A stretch of DNA of 64,000 nucleotides from Spirochaetia bacterium (GCA_965199955.1 CBDATQ010000001.1:2208001-2272000); one strand, 5' to 3'. Shown: positions 40,358 through 50,662, counted from the stretch's first letter. Notes: a model not told the origin generated them from the sequence alone. Numbers and translations are program-made.

Positions 40358-41584
40358 TTACGGCTCCGCGGGGGCCGGGCCGAAGGCGCCCGCGGCGTGC
40401 AGGTTCCTGACGCGCTCCGGCGAGTAGGCCAGCAGTCCTCGCAGGATCTCTTCGCGGTGCTCGCCCAGGGCAGGCGCGCCCGGCTTGACCGCCGGATCGT
40501 CGACGCCGGCCATCTTGATCGGTGTGCCGGTGACGCGGAACCCGTCCGTGCCGGCGGCCTCCACCAGCATGGTGCGGGCCGCCACCTGCGGGTCGGCGAA
40601 CACGTCGCCGATGCCCGCGACCGGCGATACCGGCACGCCGGCCGCCTCCAGCGCGGCGGTCCACTCGCCGGTGCCACGCCGCGCCAGGGCAGTCTCCAGG
40701 GCCGCCTTGAGGGCGTCCCGGTGGTCGGTGCGGGCGGAGTTTGCGGCGAACCTCGGATCGGATGCCAACTCCGGCAGGCCCAGCACCTCGCAGAGCCGCC
40801 GGAACAGCCGGTCGTTGCCAGCCGCGATCACGATCTGGCCGTCGGCGGTGCGGAAGGTCTCGAACGGCGTGATCGACGGGTGCCGCGACCCCAGCGGTCC
40901 GGGCTCGACGCCGGTCGCCTGGTAGCGCGCCACGGCGTTCTCCAGCACGGACACGACGCTGTCGAGCATGGCGATGTCGACGCGGGCACCGCTGCCGCGT
41001 GCCGCGCCGCGTTCCCGCCTCAGCAGCCCGGCCAGCACGCCGATCACGGCATACAGGCCGCTGACGATGTCCGCGATCGACGTGCCGACGCGCACCGTCT
41101 CACCCGACTCGGTGCCGGTGATGGACAGCAGGCCGGAGCGGCCCTGGATGATCATGTCGTAGGCAGGCTTGCCGGCGTCGGGGCCGGTGTAGCCGAATCC
41201 GGAACAGGTCACGTACACCAGCCGGTCGTTGAGGGCGCGGATCCGTTCGTCGTCGAACCCCAGCCGCGAGAGCACTCCCGGACGGAAGCTCTCGATCAGC
41301 ACGTCGGCCGCGCGCAGCAGGTCGGCGAACACCTCGCGCCCGGCCGGGTTCTTGAGGTCCAGCGCGATCGAGCGCTTGCCGCAGTTGAGGCTGACGAAGT
41401 AGCTGGAAGCCCCGCCGGGGAGGAACGGGCCGAACCCGCGCGCGTCGTCTCCCGCCGGCGGCTCGACCTTGACGATGTCGGCGCCCAGGTCGCGCAGGAC
41501 CATGTTCGCGAACGGCCCGGCGAGCACCCTGGTCATGTCGACGACGACGATCCCCGCCAGCGGCCTGTGATCGGGCGAGCCCAT
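40358..41584 (-). CDS. CaiB/BaiF CoA-transferase family III
   Basis: LAGPFA, LGADIVKVEPP, NCGKRS, ESFRPG and AYDMIIQ motifs. Confidence 0.95.
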   Translation of the reverse strand: MGSPDHRPLAGIVVVDMTRVLAGPFANMVLRDLGADIVKVEPPAGDDARGFGPFLPGGASSYFVSLNCGKRSIALDLKNPAGREVFADLLRAADVLIESFRPGVLSRLGFDDERIRALNDRLVYVTCSGFGYTGPDAGKPAYDMIIQGRSGLLSITGTESGETVRVGTSIADIVSGLYAVIGVLAGLLRRERGAARGSGARVDIAMLDSVVSVLENAVARYQATGVEPGPLGSRHPSITPFETFRTADGQIVIAAGNDRLFRRLCEVLGLPELASDPRFAANSARTDHRDALKAALETALARRGTGEWTAALEAAGVPVSPVAGIGDVFADPQVAARTMLVEAAGTDGFRVTGTPIKMAGVDDPAVKPGAPALGEHREEILRGLLAYSPERVRNLHAAGAFGPAPAEP

Positions 41585-41598
41585 GCGTTCGCGAGCGC

Positions 41599-42425
41599 TC
41601 AGACCAGGCCCGCCGAGCAGCGCCGGCAGTACCTGGCGTCGGGATCGCTCTCCGAGGTGCCGCACTCGGGGCAGAGGCGCTTCTGGTGGCGGCTCAGCGC
41701 CAGCGAGACCTCCATGCTGACCAGCCCGGTGGGCACGGCGATCAGCCCGTAGCCCAGGATCATGATGGCCGCCGCCAGGGCCTGGCCCAAGGGAGTTGCG
41801 GGCGAGAGGTCTCCGTAGCCGACCGTGGTCAGCGTGACGATCGCCCAGTACATGGACTGCGGGATGCTGGTGAAGCCCGAGTCCTCGCCTTCGATCAGGT
41901 AGATCAGCGACCCCACCACGATCACGATCGACAGCACCGCGAACAGGAACACCGCGATCTTGCGGCCGCTGGCCTTCAGGGCGGCCACGATCAGCTCGGC
42001 CTCCGCCACGTACTTGGCGAGCTTGAGGACGCGGAACACGCGCAACACGCGCAGCACCCGGACCACGAGCAGGTAGTGGCCGCCGGGCACCAGGACGCCC
42101 AGGTAGGTGGGCGCCAGCGCCAGCAGGTCGATGACGCCGAAGAAGCTGCGCGCGTAGCGCAGCCGGCGGGGAGCCGAGTAGAGGCGCAGCACGTACTCGC
42201 CCGTGAACAGGATCGTGAACGCCCACTCCGCCGTCGACAGCAACCCTCCGGCCGCTGCTCGATCCTGGGCACGCTGTCCAGCATCACGGCCACGACGCTG
42301 CCGACGATGGACAGGATGAGCAGGATGTCGAAGCCCCTGCCCGTCGGCGTATCCGACTCGAAGATGATGAGGTAGACGCGGTCCTGAAGCCGGCTGCGCC
42401 GCCGCGTGGCGGTCGTCTCGGCCAT
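41599..42425 (-). pseudogene. Voltage-gated K+ channel (ion transporter), frameshift near 42250
   Basis: S4 segment RVLRVLRVFRVLK, TTVGYGD selectivity filter and C-terminal CxxC...CxxC. The N-terminus (IIFESDT..GR.FD) is in another frame. Confidence 0.85.
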
Positions 42426-43492
42426 CAGGAAACCTTATCACGCGGGCCGGACGAGGCGGCGCCGCGCATGGTGCGCTTGGCTTCGATCACCTGCGCCATG
42501 ATGGCCAGCGCGATCTCGTCCGGCGACACGGCGCCGATCGCCAGCCCGGCGGGGCCTCTGATGCGGTCGATGGCCTGCGTGTCGAATCCCGCCTCCTGCA
42601 GGCGCCGCCGCCGCTTGGCGTGCGTGCGGGAGCTGCCGAGCGCGCCGATGTAGGCGGCACGGCTCGGCAACAGGCGGCCGAGTGCCGCGTCGTCGATCTT
42701 GGGGTCGTGGGTGAGGAGCACCGCGTACGTGCTCTCGGTGACGGGCCTGCCGGCAAGCGCGCGGTCGGGCCACTCGGCCAACAGCTCGTCCGGCTCGGCC
42801 GCGAAGCGCTCGCTGGCCGCGAACACGCGCCGCGGGTCGACCACGACCGTGCGGAAGCCCAGCTCCCGCGCGAAGGCGACCAGGTGCACGGCGATGTGGC
42901 CCGCGCCGACGATCATCAACTCGTCGGGCCGTGGCAGGACGTGTACGAAAGTATCCACTCCGGCTACCTGGATCAACGCGCTTTCGTGCTCGGCCACGGC
43001 GAACTCGCAGGCAGCGGCCATCGTGTCGGGGCCGTACGGGTCGTCACCGGCGGATGCCCGCACGCGCCGTTCGTCGAGGTCGATCAGCGCATGCGAGGCG
43101 CTTCCGTCGTGCAGTCTGGTGAGGAGCACCGCCGGCCGCTGCCGCTGCAGGCCGTCCAGGATCGCCTCCCACACTTCCGGCTCGGGCTCCGTCAGGTAGA
43201 CGGACAGCTTGCCCCCGCACGACAGCCCGACCGACCACGCGCGCTCGTCCTCGATGCCGTACTCCAGGCGGCCGGGGGCGCGCTCGCCGGCCAGCAGGCG
43301 CACCGCCTCCTCGATGACGGCCGTCTCGATACAGCCTCCGCTCAGCGACCCCGCGACCTGCAGGTCGGCGGTCACCGCCATGGCGCCGCCGGGCCGGCGC
43401 GGCGCGGAGCCCCAGGTGGCCACCACGCGCGCCAGGGCGAACCGCGTCCCGGCCGTGTGCCAACGGCGCACGGCCGCCTCGATGTCGCGCAT
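42425..43492 (-). CDS. XdhC/CoxI-family Moco insertion chaperone
   Basis: TWGSAPR, GSLSGGCIE, GLSCGG, THDPKID and YIGALGS motifs. Confidence 0.93.
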   Translation of the reverse strand: MRDIEAAVRRWHTAGTRFALARVVATWGSAPRRPGGAMAVTADLQVAGSLSGGCIETAVIEEAVRLLAGERAPGRLEYGIEDERAWSVGLSCGGKLSVYLTEPEPEVWEAILDGLQRQRPAVLLTRLHDGSASHALIDLDERRVRASAGDDPYGPDTMAAACEFAVAEHESALIQVAGVDTFVHVLPRPDELMIVGAGHIAVHLVAFARELGFRTVVVDPRRVFAASERFAAEPDELLAEWPDRALAGRPVTESTYAVLLTHDPKIDDAALGRLLPSRAAYIGALGSSRTHAKRRRRLQEAGFDTQAIDRIRGPAGLAIGAVSPDEIALAIMAQVIEAKRTMRGAASSGPRDKVS

Positions 43493-43623
43493 CTGCACCC
43501 GGACAGTACCGGAGGAGTCGACCGCCCGTCGCGGTCGAGTTGACAGGAGCGAGCGAGCGCCCATACGGTCACGCAGGCTCACGCACCGTGCCGCCGGCTC
43601 GGGGTTGGGGCCCACCCCGACTC

Positions 43624-43656
43624 ACATGCGACTGACTGGTACATGCGACTGACTGG
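43624..43656 (+). repeat. 16-bp tandem direct repeat spanning the coxG start
   Basis: ACATGCGACTGACTGG-T-ACATGCGACTGACTGG. Confidence 0.9.
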
Positions 43657-44113
43657 CGAATTCTCCTTCGAGGCCCCTCCCGACAAGGTGTGGGACGCGC
43701 TCATGGACCCGGAGGTGCTGCGTTCGACATTGCCGGGCACCGACCGGCTGGAACGGATCGACGATACGCACTTCGACGCGTCGTGGGCCGTCAGGCTCGG
43801 CCCGATCCGCGGCACCTTCGCGGGCTCCATCGAGCTGTCCGACGTGCGGCCGCCGGTCTCCTACCACATGACCGCGATCGGCCGCGGCCCGGTCGGCGTG
43901 GTCACCGGCGAGGCCGACTTCCGGCTGCGCGCGGAAGGGGAAGCCACCGTGCTGTCCTACGACCTGGACGCGCGCATCAGCGGCCGCCTGGCCAGCATCG
44001 GCCAGCGGCTCGTCGAAAGCTCGATGCGCTCCCTGGTCCGCGACGCCCTGCAGGGGCTGTCCGAGAGCATCCGGGAGCGCGTGGCGGGCGAGTCCGGCGG
44101 GAGCGACGCGTGA
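43643..44113 (+). CDS. coxG: CoxG (SRPBCC) family protein
   Basis: VWDALMDPEVL...PG, GPIRGTF and GRLASIGQRL motifs. Confidence 0.9.
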   Translation: MRLTGEFSFEAPPDKVWDALMDPEVLRSTLPGTDRLERIDDTHFDASWAVRLGPIRGTFAGSIELSDVRPPVSYHMTAIGRGPVGVVTGEADFRLRAEGEATVLSYDLDARISGRLASIGQRLVESSMRSLVRDALQGLSESIRERVAGESGGSDA

Positions 44114-44622
44114 GCGACCCTGCCCAGCCGGAACGGGGCCGACCGGAGCCGGTGTCGGTCACCATCACGATCAACGGCCGTGTCCACCGGGCGCAGGTGG
44201 AGCCGCGCACGCTGCTCGTGCACTTCATCCGCGAGCAGGCCGGCCTCACCGGCACCAACATCGGCTGCGAGACCGGGCTGTGCGGGGCCTGCACGGTGCT
44301 GCTGGACGGCGCCGGCGTGCGTGCCTGCACGCAACTGGCCGCGCAGGCCGACGGGCGCGCGGTGACCACCATCGAGGGGCTTGCCGACGGCGACACGCTG
44401 CACCCTCTCCAACAGGCATTCTGGGAGCAGCACGCCCTGCAGTGCGGCTACTGCACGCCCGGCATGATCCTGGCATGCGTCGACCTGCTGCAGAAGAACC
44501 CCGATCCCTCCGACCAGGAGGTGCGGGAGGCGCTCAAGGGCAATCTCTGCCGCTGCACCGGGTACCACAACATCGTCGCGGCCGTCCGGCACGCTGCCGG
44601 GGTCATGGCGGAGCAGGGCTGA
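44110..44622 (+). CDS. coxS: (2Fe-2S) subunit, CoxS-like
   Basis: GCETGLCGACT, QCGYCTPG and NLCRCTGY motifs. Confidence 0.92.
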   Translation: MSDPAQPERGRPEPVSVTITINGRVHRAQVEPRTLLVHFIREQAGLTGTNIGCETGLCGACTVLLDGAGVRACTQLAAQADGRAVTTIEGLADGDTLHPLQQAFWEQHALQCGYCTPGMILACVDLLQKNPDPSDQEVREALKGNLCRCTGYHNIVAAVRHAAGVMAEQG

Positions 44623-44623
44623 C

Positions 44624-45517
44624 ATGTACCCGGCAGCCTTTGCGTACCACCGCGTCGAGTCGGTGAATGCGGCCGTCGCGCTGCTCGGCGAGCATGAAGA
44701 CGCCAAGCTGCTGGCCGGCGGCCACAGCCTCCTGCCGATGATGAAGCTGCGTCTGGCGCAGCCGGAGGTGCTGGTCGACATCGGCCGCCTGCCGCTCGAC
44801 GGCATCGGCGCGGGGCCCGACGGCCTGACCGTCGGTGCTCTTGCCACCCACCACCGCGTCGCGACGTCGGCCGACGTGACGGGCCGCTGGCAGGCGTTCG
44901 CGGAAGCGGCGGCGAGCATCGGCGACCCGATCGTCCGCAACCACGGCACCGCCGGTGGCAACGTCGCGCACGCCGATCCCGCCTCCGACCTGCCGGCGGC
45001 GCTGCTGGCGCTGGACGGCGAGCTCCGCGCCACCGGTCCGGACGGAGCGCGGCACGTGCCGGCGGCCGGGTTCTTCCAGGGCCTGCTGACCACGGCACTG
45101 GAGCCGGCCGAGGTGCTCACCGAGTTGCGGCTGCCGGCGCCCGGTCCGCGCGCCGGCTCCGTGTACCTGAAGTTCGAGCATCCCGCTTCCGGGTTCGCGG
45201 TCTGCGGCGCCGCCGCCGTGGTCGAGCTGGATGTGGACGGCCGCTGTGCGCGGGCGCGCCTGTGCTTCAACGGCGTCACGGAGGTGCCGCTCGACGCCGG
45301 CGCGGTCGCCGCGGCCCTGGTCGGCAGCGACCTGGACGACTCCGCCATCGAGCAGGCGGTCGGCGACTGCCTGCTCGTCGAGGAGCCGTTGGCCGACACC
45401 TTCGCGTCGGGGGAGTACCGCACGCATCTCGCACGCGTGTACGCCCGCCGCGCGCTGCGCGCCGCCCGCGACCGCGCCGGCACAGCCGGCGACCCGGCAG
45501 ACGGTGCCGTTGGCTGA
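44624..45517 (+). CDS. coxM: FAD-binding subunit, CoxM-like
   Basis: MYPAAFAYHR, LAGGHSLLPMMKLRL and GGNVAHADP motifs. Confidence 0.92.
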   Translation: MYPAAFAYHRVESVNAAVALLGEHEDAKLLAGGHSLLPMMKLRLAQPEVLVDIGRLPLDGIGAGPDGLTVGALATHHRVATSADVTGRWQAFAEAAASIGDPIVRNHGTAGGNVAHADPASDLPAALLALDGELRATGPDGARHVPAAGFFQGLLTTALEPAEVLTELRLPAPGPRAGSVYLKFEHPASGFAVCGAAAVVELDVDGRCARARLCFNGVTEVPLDAGAVAAALVGSDLDDSAIEQAVGDCLLVEEPLADTFASGEYRTHLARVYARRALRAARDRAGTAGDPADGAVG

Positions 45518-46409
45518 CCCGGTGCCGGCGCTGGACAGCGTCGACGCCGTGCAGGAAGCGATGGAGCGATGCGCGTACGTCGCGGACCGCGACCTGGCCA
45601 CCTGCGTGTTCCTGGCGGTGCAGCTCGACCGGCCGCTGTTCCTTGAGGGCGAGACGGGCGTCGGCAAGACCGAGATCGCCAAGGTTCTGTCGTCGATCCT
45701 GGACGCCGACCTGATCCGGCTGCAGTGCTACGAGGGCCTGGACGTGTCCACGGCCGTGTACGAGTGGAACTACGCGCGCCAGATCCTGCGCATCCGCATG
45801 CTGGAGGCGTCCGGGGAGGCGAGCGCCGACGCGGACATCTTCACCCGCGAGTTCCTGCTGGCCCGCCCCCTGCTCCAGGCGGTCGATCCGGCGGTGAGCC
45901 GCCGCCGGGTGCTGCTGGTGGACGAGCTGGACCGCGCGGACGAGGAGTTCGAGGCGTTCCTGCTGGAGGCGCTTTCCGACTTCCAGGTGACCGTGCCGGA
46001 GATCGGCACCTTCAAGGCGAGCGAGCCGCCGGTGGTCATCATCACTTCCAACCGCACGCGCGAGGTGCACGACGCCCTCAAGCGGCGCTGCCTGTACCAC
46101 TGGATCGACTTTCCGGACCTGGACAAGGAACTGCGCATCGTGCAGCGCCGCATCCCGGAGGCGTCGCAGGCGCTGTCCGCCCAGGTGGTGGCCTTCGTGC
46201 AGGAGTTGCGCTCGCAGGAGCTGTACAAGCGGCCCGGCGTCGCCGAGACCCTGGACTGGCTGCACGCCCTGCGCGCCCTCGGCGAGCAGGAGCTGGCCGC
46301 CGACGTGGTGGAGCGTACCCTGGGCGTGCTGCTCAAGTATCAGGACGACGTGCAGTCGGTGCGGGGCTCGGTGCCCGGCCTGATCGAGCAGGCGCGCATC
46401 AGCGCCTGA
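45504..46409 (+). CDS. coxD: MoxR-family AAA+ ATPase, CoxD-like
   Basis: GETGVGKT, RLQCYEG, DELDRAD and TSNRTREVHDALKRRC motifs. Confidence 0.92.
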   Translation: MPLADPVPALDSVDAVQEAMERCAYVADRDLATCVFLAVQLDRPLFLEGETGVGKTEIAKVLSSILDADLIRLQCYEGLDVSTAVYEWNYARQILRIRMLEASGEASADADIFTREFLLARPLLQAVDPAVSRRRVLLVDELDRADEEFEAFLLEALSDFQVTVPEIGTFKASEPPVVIITSNRTREVHDALKRRCLYHWIDFPDLDKELRIVQRRIPEASQALSAQVVAFVQELRSQELYKRPGVAETLDWLHALRALGEQELAADVVERTLGVLLKYQDDVQSVRGSVPGLIEQARISA

Positions 46410-46420
46410 GCATCGCTCCG

Positions 46421-47545
46421 GTGACCGGCGCGCCGCACCTGCCGCGCTCGGCCCTGCTGTTCGCGCGCGTGCTGCGCGGCCTGGGCCTGAGCGTCGCCGC
46501 CGACGACGTGACCGCCTTCCTGCAGTCGATGCAGGCGATCGGCGTCCGCTCGCGCGACGACGTGCGCGCCGCCGCCCGCAGCCTGTTCACCACCAGCGTC
46601 ACCCAGCACGAGCGCTTCGACCGCGCCTTCGACCGATTCTGGAGCCACCGGCGCCTGCCCGACCGGGACGGGCTGCCGCCGCCGGAGGTGGAGCTGGAGC
46701 GGACGGTGGTCGGCGAGGCGGCGACGGCCACCGACGGCTCGGAGGAGTCGGACAGCTCCGACCGGACCCTGACTTGGTCGGCCACGGAGCGCCTGCGGCG
46801 CAAGGACTTCGGCTCCATGGACGATGCCGAGCTGCGGGTGATGTACGATTTGATAGACACGATACGGGTCGAGCTGCCGCTGCGAGCGGCACGGCGCACG
46901 CGTCCGGCGCACCGCGGCCATCTGATCGACATGCGCGGCTCCCTGCGAGGCGGCCTGCGCTCGGGCGGCGAGCTCACCCGGCTTCGCTGGCGCCGCCGCA
47001 AGCGCCGCCCGCGCCGCCTGATCCTGATCTGCGACATCTCCGGCTCCATGGAACGCTACAGCGGCGCGCTGCTGGGATTCGTGCATGCCGCCGCGCGCGG
47101 GCTGCAGCGTGGCGAGGCGTTCGTGTTCGGCACGCGGCTGTCGCGCATCACCCGCCTGCTGACCGGCCGCCGCATCGCCGACGCGCTGCGCACGGTGTCG
47201 GACCGCGTGCTGGACTGGGGCGGAGGCACGCGAATCGGCGAGGTGCTGCGCGATTTCAACTACCGCTGGGCGCGGCGCGTCCTGTCGGAGCGCGCGGTGG
47301 TCGTGCTGATCTCGGACGGCTGGGACCGCGGCGACGCGGCACTGCTGCGCACGGAGATCGACCGGCTGCAGCGCAGTTGCGGGCAGTTGATCTGGCTCAA
47401 CCCGCTGGCCGGTTCTCCCGGCTTCGAGCCGCGCACGCGCGGCCTGCAGGCGGCGCTGCCGTTCGTGGACCTGCACCTGCCGGCGCACAACCTGGAGGCG
47501 CTGGAACGATTCGGGGCGCTGTTGCGGGCAATGAACACCGCCTGA
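46421..47545 (+). CDS. coxE: VWA-domain protein, CoxE-like
   Basis: DISGSM, FVFGTRL, GGGTRIG, SDGWDRG and WLNP motifs. Confidence 0.92.
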   Translation: MTGAPHLPRSALLFARVLRGLGLSVAADDVTAFLQSMQAIGVRSRDDVRAAARSLFTTSVTQHERFDRAFDRFWSHRRLPDRDGLPPPEVELERTVVGEAATATDGSEESDSSDRTLTWSATERLRRKDFGSMDDAELRVMYDLIDTIRVELPLRAARRTRPAHRGHLIDMRGSLRGGLRSGGELTRLRWRRRKRRPRRLILICDISGSMERYSGALLGFVHAAARGLQRGEAFVFGTRLSRITRLLTGRRIADALRTVSDRVLDWGGGTRIGEVLRDFNYRWARRVLSERAVVVLISDGWDRGDAALLRTEIDRLQRSCGQLIWLNPLAGSPGFEPRTRGLQAALPFVDLHLPAHNLEALERFGALLRAMNTA

Positions 47546-47576
47546 GGTGACAGGCTGACGTGATAGCGTAGCGGCC

Positions 47577-48722
47577 ATGACGGTCGCGGTAGTCGGAGCG
47601 GGCATCTTCGGTGCCGCCGCCGCCCTGGAGCTTGGCCTGCGCGGCCACCGGGTCACGCTTTTCGACTCCGAGGCGGTGCCGGCGCCGCGCGCCGCCTCCA
47701 CCGACGTGTCGAAGGCGATCCGCCGCGTCTGGTACACCGGGGACAAGGCAGGCTACGTCGACCTGGTCGAGCGCTCCGCGGATCGATGGCACGCGTGGGA
47801 GCGGGAGACCGGCCGTCACGTGCTGCACCGCACCGGACACCTGAGCATTCTCCGCGAGGCCGGCCCCGGGTCGCCGATGTATGAAAGCGTGCACTTGTTA
47901 CGCAGCCGGGGCGCGGTCGAAGTGCAGGAGCTGGGCACGGCGGCCCTGCGCCGGCGCTTCCCGCAGTTCACGGTCGCCGCCGACGAGGTGGGCGTGTACG
48001 ACCCGTGGGGCGGTTACCTGGAGAGTGCCGCCGCCGTGCGGATGATCGTGGATCTCGCGGACGACGCGGGCGTGACGGTACGGGAGCGCACGCCGGTTGC
48101 GGCCGTCGAGGAGCGGGCCGGGGCGGTGACTGTGCGCGCCGACAACGCAGAGCAGGCGTTCGATCGCGTGGTCGTCGCCGCCGGCGCCTGGATCGGACGA
48201 CTCCTGCCGGAGCTTGCCCGGCCGCTGACGGTCACGCTCCAGGAGATGCTGCTGCTGCCCGCTCCGGACCCCGTGGCGTTCTCTTACCCGCGGATGCCGA
48301 CTTGGGGCGCCGAGCCGGGCGGGGAGGAATGGTACGGCTTCCCGCTGCTGCGGGAGGGGTCGGTCAAGGTAGCCCGCGACCGGCTCGGCCCGGCGGTCGA
48401 TGCCGAAGTGGACCGCGCTGGCACCGCCGCGTTCGCGGGCGACGCGGAGGCGATGCTGCGGCGGCGCCTGCCGGCGCTGGCGGGCGCAGCGGGAGCGTGC
48501 GGGCGGAGCTGCCTGTACACGATGACGCCGGACGCGCACTTCATCATCGACCGCGTGCCCGGAACCGATCGCCTGGTGGTCGCCGGCGCCGGCAGCGGCC
48601 ACGCCTTCAAGTTCGGCGGCGTGTTCGGGCCGCTGGTCGCCGGCGTGGTGGAGGACCGCCCGGATCCGGCGGCCGAGCCGCTGCGTATCGGTTGCCGGCC
48701 GGCCAGGTGGGCCGATGTCTGA
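47577..48722 (+). CDS. FAD-dependent oxidoreductase (sarcosine/fructosyl-amine oxidase-like)
   Basis: GAGIFG, CLYTMTPD.HFIID and SGHAFKF motifs. Confidence 0.88.
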   Translation: MTVAVVGAGIFGAAAALELGLRGHRVTLFDSEAVPAPRAASTDVSKAIRRVWYTGDKAGYVDLVERSADRWHAWERETGRHVLHRTGHLSILREAGPGSPMYESVHLLRSRGAVEVQELGTAALRRRFPQFTVAADEVGVYDPWGGYLESAAAVRMIVDLADDAGVTVRERTPVAAVEERAGAVTVRADNAEQAFDRVVVAAGAWIGRLLPELARPLTVTLQEMLLLPAPDPVAFSYPRMPTWGAEPGGEEWYGFPLLREGSVKVARDRLGPAVDAEVDRAGTAAFAGDAEAMLRRRLPALAGAAGACGRSCLYTMTPDAHFIIDRVPGTDRLVVAGAGSGHAFKFGGVFGPLVAGVVEDRPDPAAEPLRIGCRPARWADV

Positions 48723-49263
48723 GCGCTACCTTGCGCTCCTGCGCGGCATCAACGTGGGAGGCAAGAACCTCATTGGCAAGGACGACCTGCGCCGCTGCTT
48801 CGAGGACCTCGGGTTCGATCGGGTACGCACCTACATCCAGAGCGGCAACGTGCTGTTCCGTACGGCAGCGACGGAGGTAGCAGAGCTCAACGCGCGGGTG
48901 GAGCAGGGGCTGTCCGAGCGGTTCACGTACGCCGCGCGCTCGGTCGTCCTGTCGTATGCCGGCTACGCCGCCGCGCTCGCGGCCGCGCCGCCGGCGTGGG
49001 GGCGGGACGATTCCTGCCGGCACAACGCGCTCTTCACGCTGGCCGACGCGACGCCCGACGACGTGCTTGCCGGCCTGCCGCCGGCCAGGCCGGACATCGA
49101 CGCGATCGCCGCCGGTCCGGGCGTCGTGTTCTGGTCGGCGCCGGAGGACCGCATCACCCGGTCCGCGTTCATGAAGCTGCCGACCCTTCCGGTCTACCAG
49201 CGGGTGACGATCCGCAACCGCAACACGGTCCGCAAGCTCGCGGCACTGCTGGACGAGCTGTAG
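48715..49263 (+). CDS. DUF1697-family protein
   Basis: LLRGINVGG, TYIQSGNV and TIRN motifs. Confidence 0.92.
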   Translation: MSERYLALLRGINVGGKNLIGKDDLRRCFEDLGFDRVRTYIQSGNVLFRTAATEVAELNARVEQGLSERFTYAARSVVLSYAGYAAALAAAPPAWGRDDSCRHNALFTLADATPDDVLAGLPPARPDIDAIAAGPGVVFWSAPEDRITRSAFMKLPTLPVYQRVTIRNRNTVRKLAALLDEL

Positions 49264-49267
49264 CGGG

Positions 49268-50074
49268 GTGAAAAACTACGAGCACGAGAACGCCGCCCGC
49301 TACCGGAGAGTGGCCGACCGCGTAGTCGATTCGAGGGCCGTGGCGAAGTACGGGACCACGGACTGCGAGGATTTCTCGTCACGCGCTTTCCTGAAAGACG
49401 TGATCCCCCGGCTCCGGTTCGACCGGGAGCGGCCCACGGCGCTGGAGCTGGGAACGGGGGTGGGGCCCGGCGCGCTGTTCCTGGCGGATCACGGCTTCCG
49501 GGTGCACGGGATCGACCTGATCCCGGAAGCGATCGAGCAGGCCCGTAGTCGCGCCGCGGAGCTCGGCGTCGACGTGACCTTCGAGGTCATGGACGTCACG
49601 CGCGTCCCGCACGCGGGGCCGGTGTACGACCTGATTGTCGACAGCTACTGCCTGCAGGGCATCGCCCTCGACGCGGACCGTGAGGCGGTATTCCGTGCCG
49701 TCAAGGCCCGGCTCGCCCTTCGCGGCTACTACGTGGGCAGCACCGCGATGTACGAAGCCGACCGGCACCACCAGGACTGGCAGACGGTCGACCGCGCAAC
49801 GGGGCGGAGGTTCGACGGTTTCGATGAGGACTGCCTGTACGACCCGGACACCGATCTCTGCTACTGGCCGTGCGACGGGAGGGTCGAGATCGACGGCGCC
49901 ATCACCGTCGCCGGTGCGCGCTTCTATCCGGCCCGTCGCTATCGCAACGGTCCGCGGCTGCGGCAGGAAGTCGAGTCCTACGGCTTCGAGGTCCTCCTGC
50001 AGAGCGGCGAGTGGGGCGAGAATGTCCTCGCCGTCCACCGCGGCAGCGGTCTCCGTCTGTCATCGATGTCGTGA
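49268..50074 (+). CDS. Class I SAM-dependent methyltransferase
   Basis: [12 protein letters not shown] and YDLIVD motifs. Confidence 0.85.
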   Translation: MKNYEHENAARYRRVADRVVDSRAVAKYGTTDCEDFSSRAFLKDVIPRLRFDRERPTALELGTGVGPGALFLADHGFRVHGIDLIPEAIEQARSRAAELGVDVTFEVMDVTRVPHAGPVYDLIVDSYCLQGIALDADREAVFRAVKARLALRGYYVGSTAMYEADRHHQDWQTVDRATGRRFDGFDEDCLYDPDTDLCYWPCDGRVEIDGAITVAGARFYPARRYRNGPRLRQEVESYGFEVLLQSGEWGENVLAVHRGSGLRLSSMS

Positions 50075-50179
50075 GCGCATGCAGTAGTAGCCCGGATCAT
50101 TGCCACCTCCGAGTCGTGCGAGACCTGACTCTCCGAGCTGATCCGGCTCTGGTCCGGGACGATCGAGATGCCCCGCCGG

Positions 50180-50427
50180 CGTTGCAGGTCGTGGCTCTTC
50201 CACGCCGGCACGTGGGCGGTCAGTAGTGCCTTGAACAGCCGGCCGTGGTTGGGCACGCGCAGGTGCAGCAGCTCATGGGCGATGACGAAGTCCTGAAAGC
50301 CCGGCTGCTGGTCGGCTAGATCGGCGGCCAGGGTGACGATTCCCGGGGTGCAGCAGGAGCCCCATTTCCGGGTCATGGGGCGGATGCGCACCGCGCGCGG
50401 CCGCACCCTGAGACGTCGTGCCCAGTC
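50180..50427 (-). pseudogene. YgjP-like M48 metallopeptidase fragment
   Basis: MTRKWGSC and [16 protein letters not shown] motifs, with no convincing start. Boundaries are approximate. Confidence 0.75.
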
Positions 50428-50482
50428 ACCGGGCCGCAGCAGAGCGCTTGACGCCCCTTTCGTCCCGCATAAGCCTCGGCTC

Positions 50483-50555
50483 AAAAGGTCCCTCCCCGAT
50501 GACAAGAGCGCCATGGGTGCTCTCTCCGGCAACGGAGTAGTCGGGGGGTCTTTTT
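50483..50555 (+). ncRNA. Putative structured RNA (three-way junction)
   Basis: Closing stem AAAAGG..CCCCGAT / GTCGGGG..TCTTTT. Internal hairpins AGAGCGCC/GGTGCTCT and CTCCG-GCAA-CGGAG. TTGACG lies upstream. Confidence 0.5.
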
Positions 50556-50662
50556 CCGGGCCGCCCGTCGCCGCCAGTGCCCGGCGACGGCGCGTGCACC
50601 TCCGGTTCGTTCTTCACCGCCGGCCTGCTCAGGTTGTACCAGGCAAGGTCCCCGGTCTATTC

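Noticed and set aside
50494..50546. Hammerhead ribozyme (CCGATGA...GTA, three stems)
   Set aside because: There is no intact CUGANGA outside the stem and no GAAA before the last hairpin.
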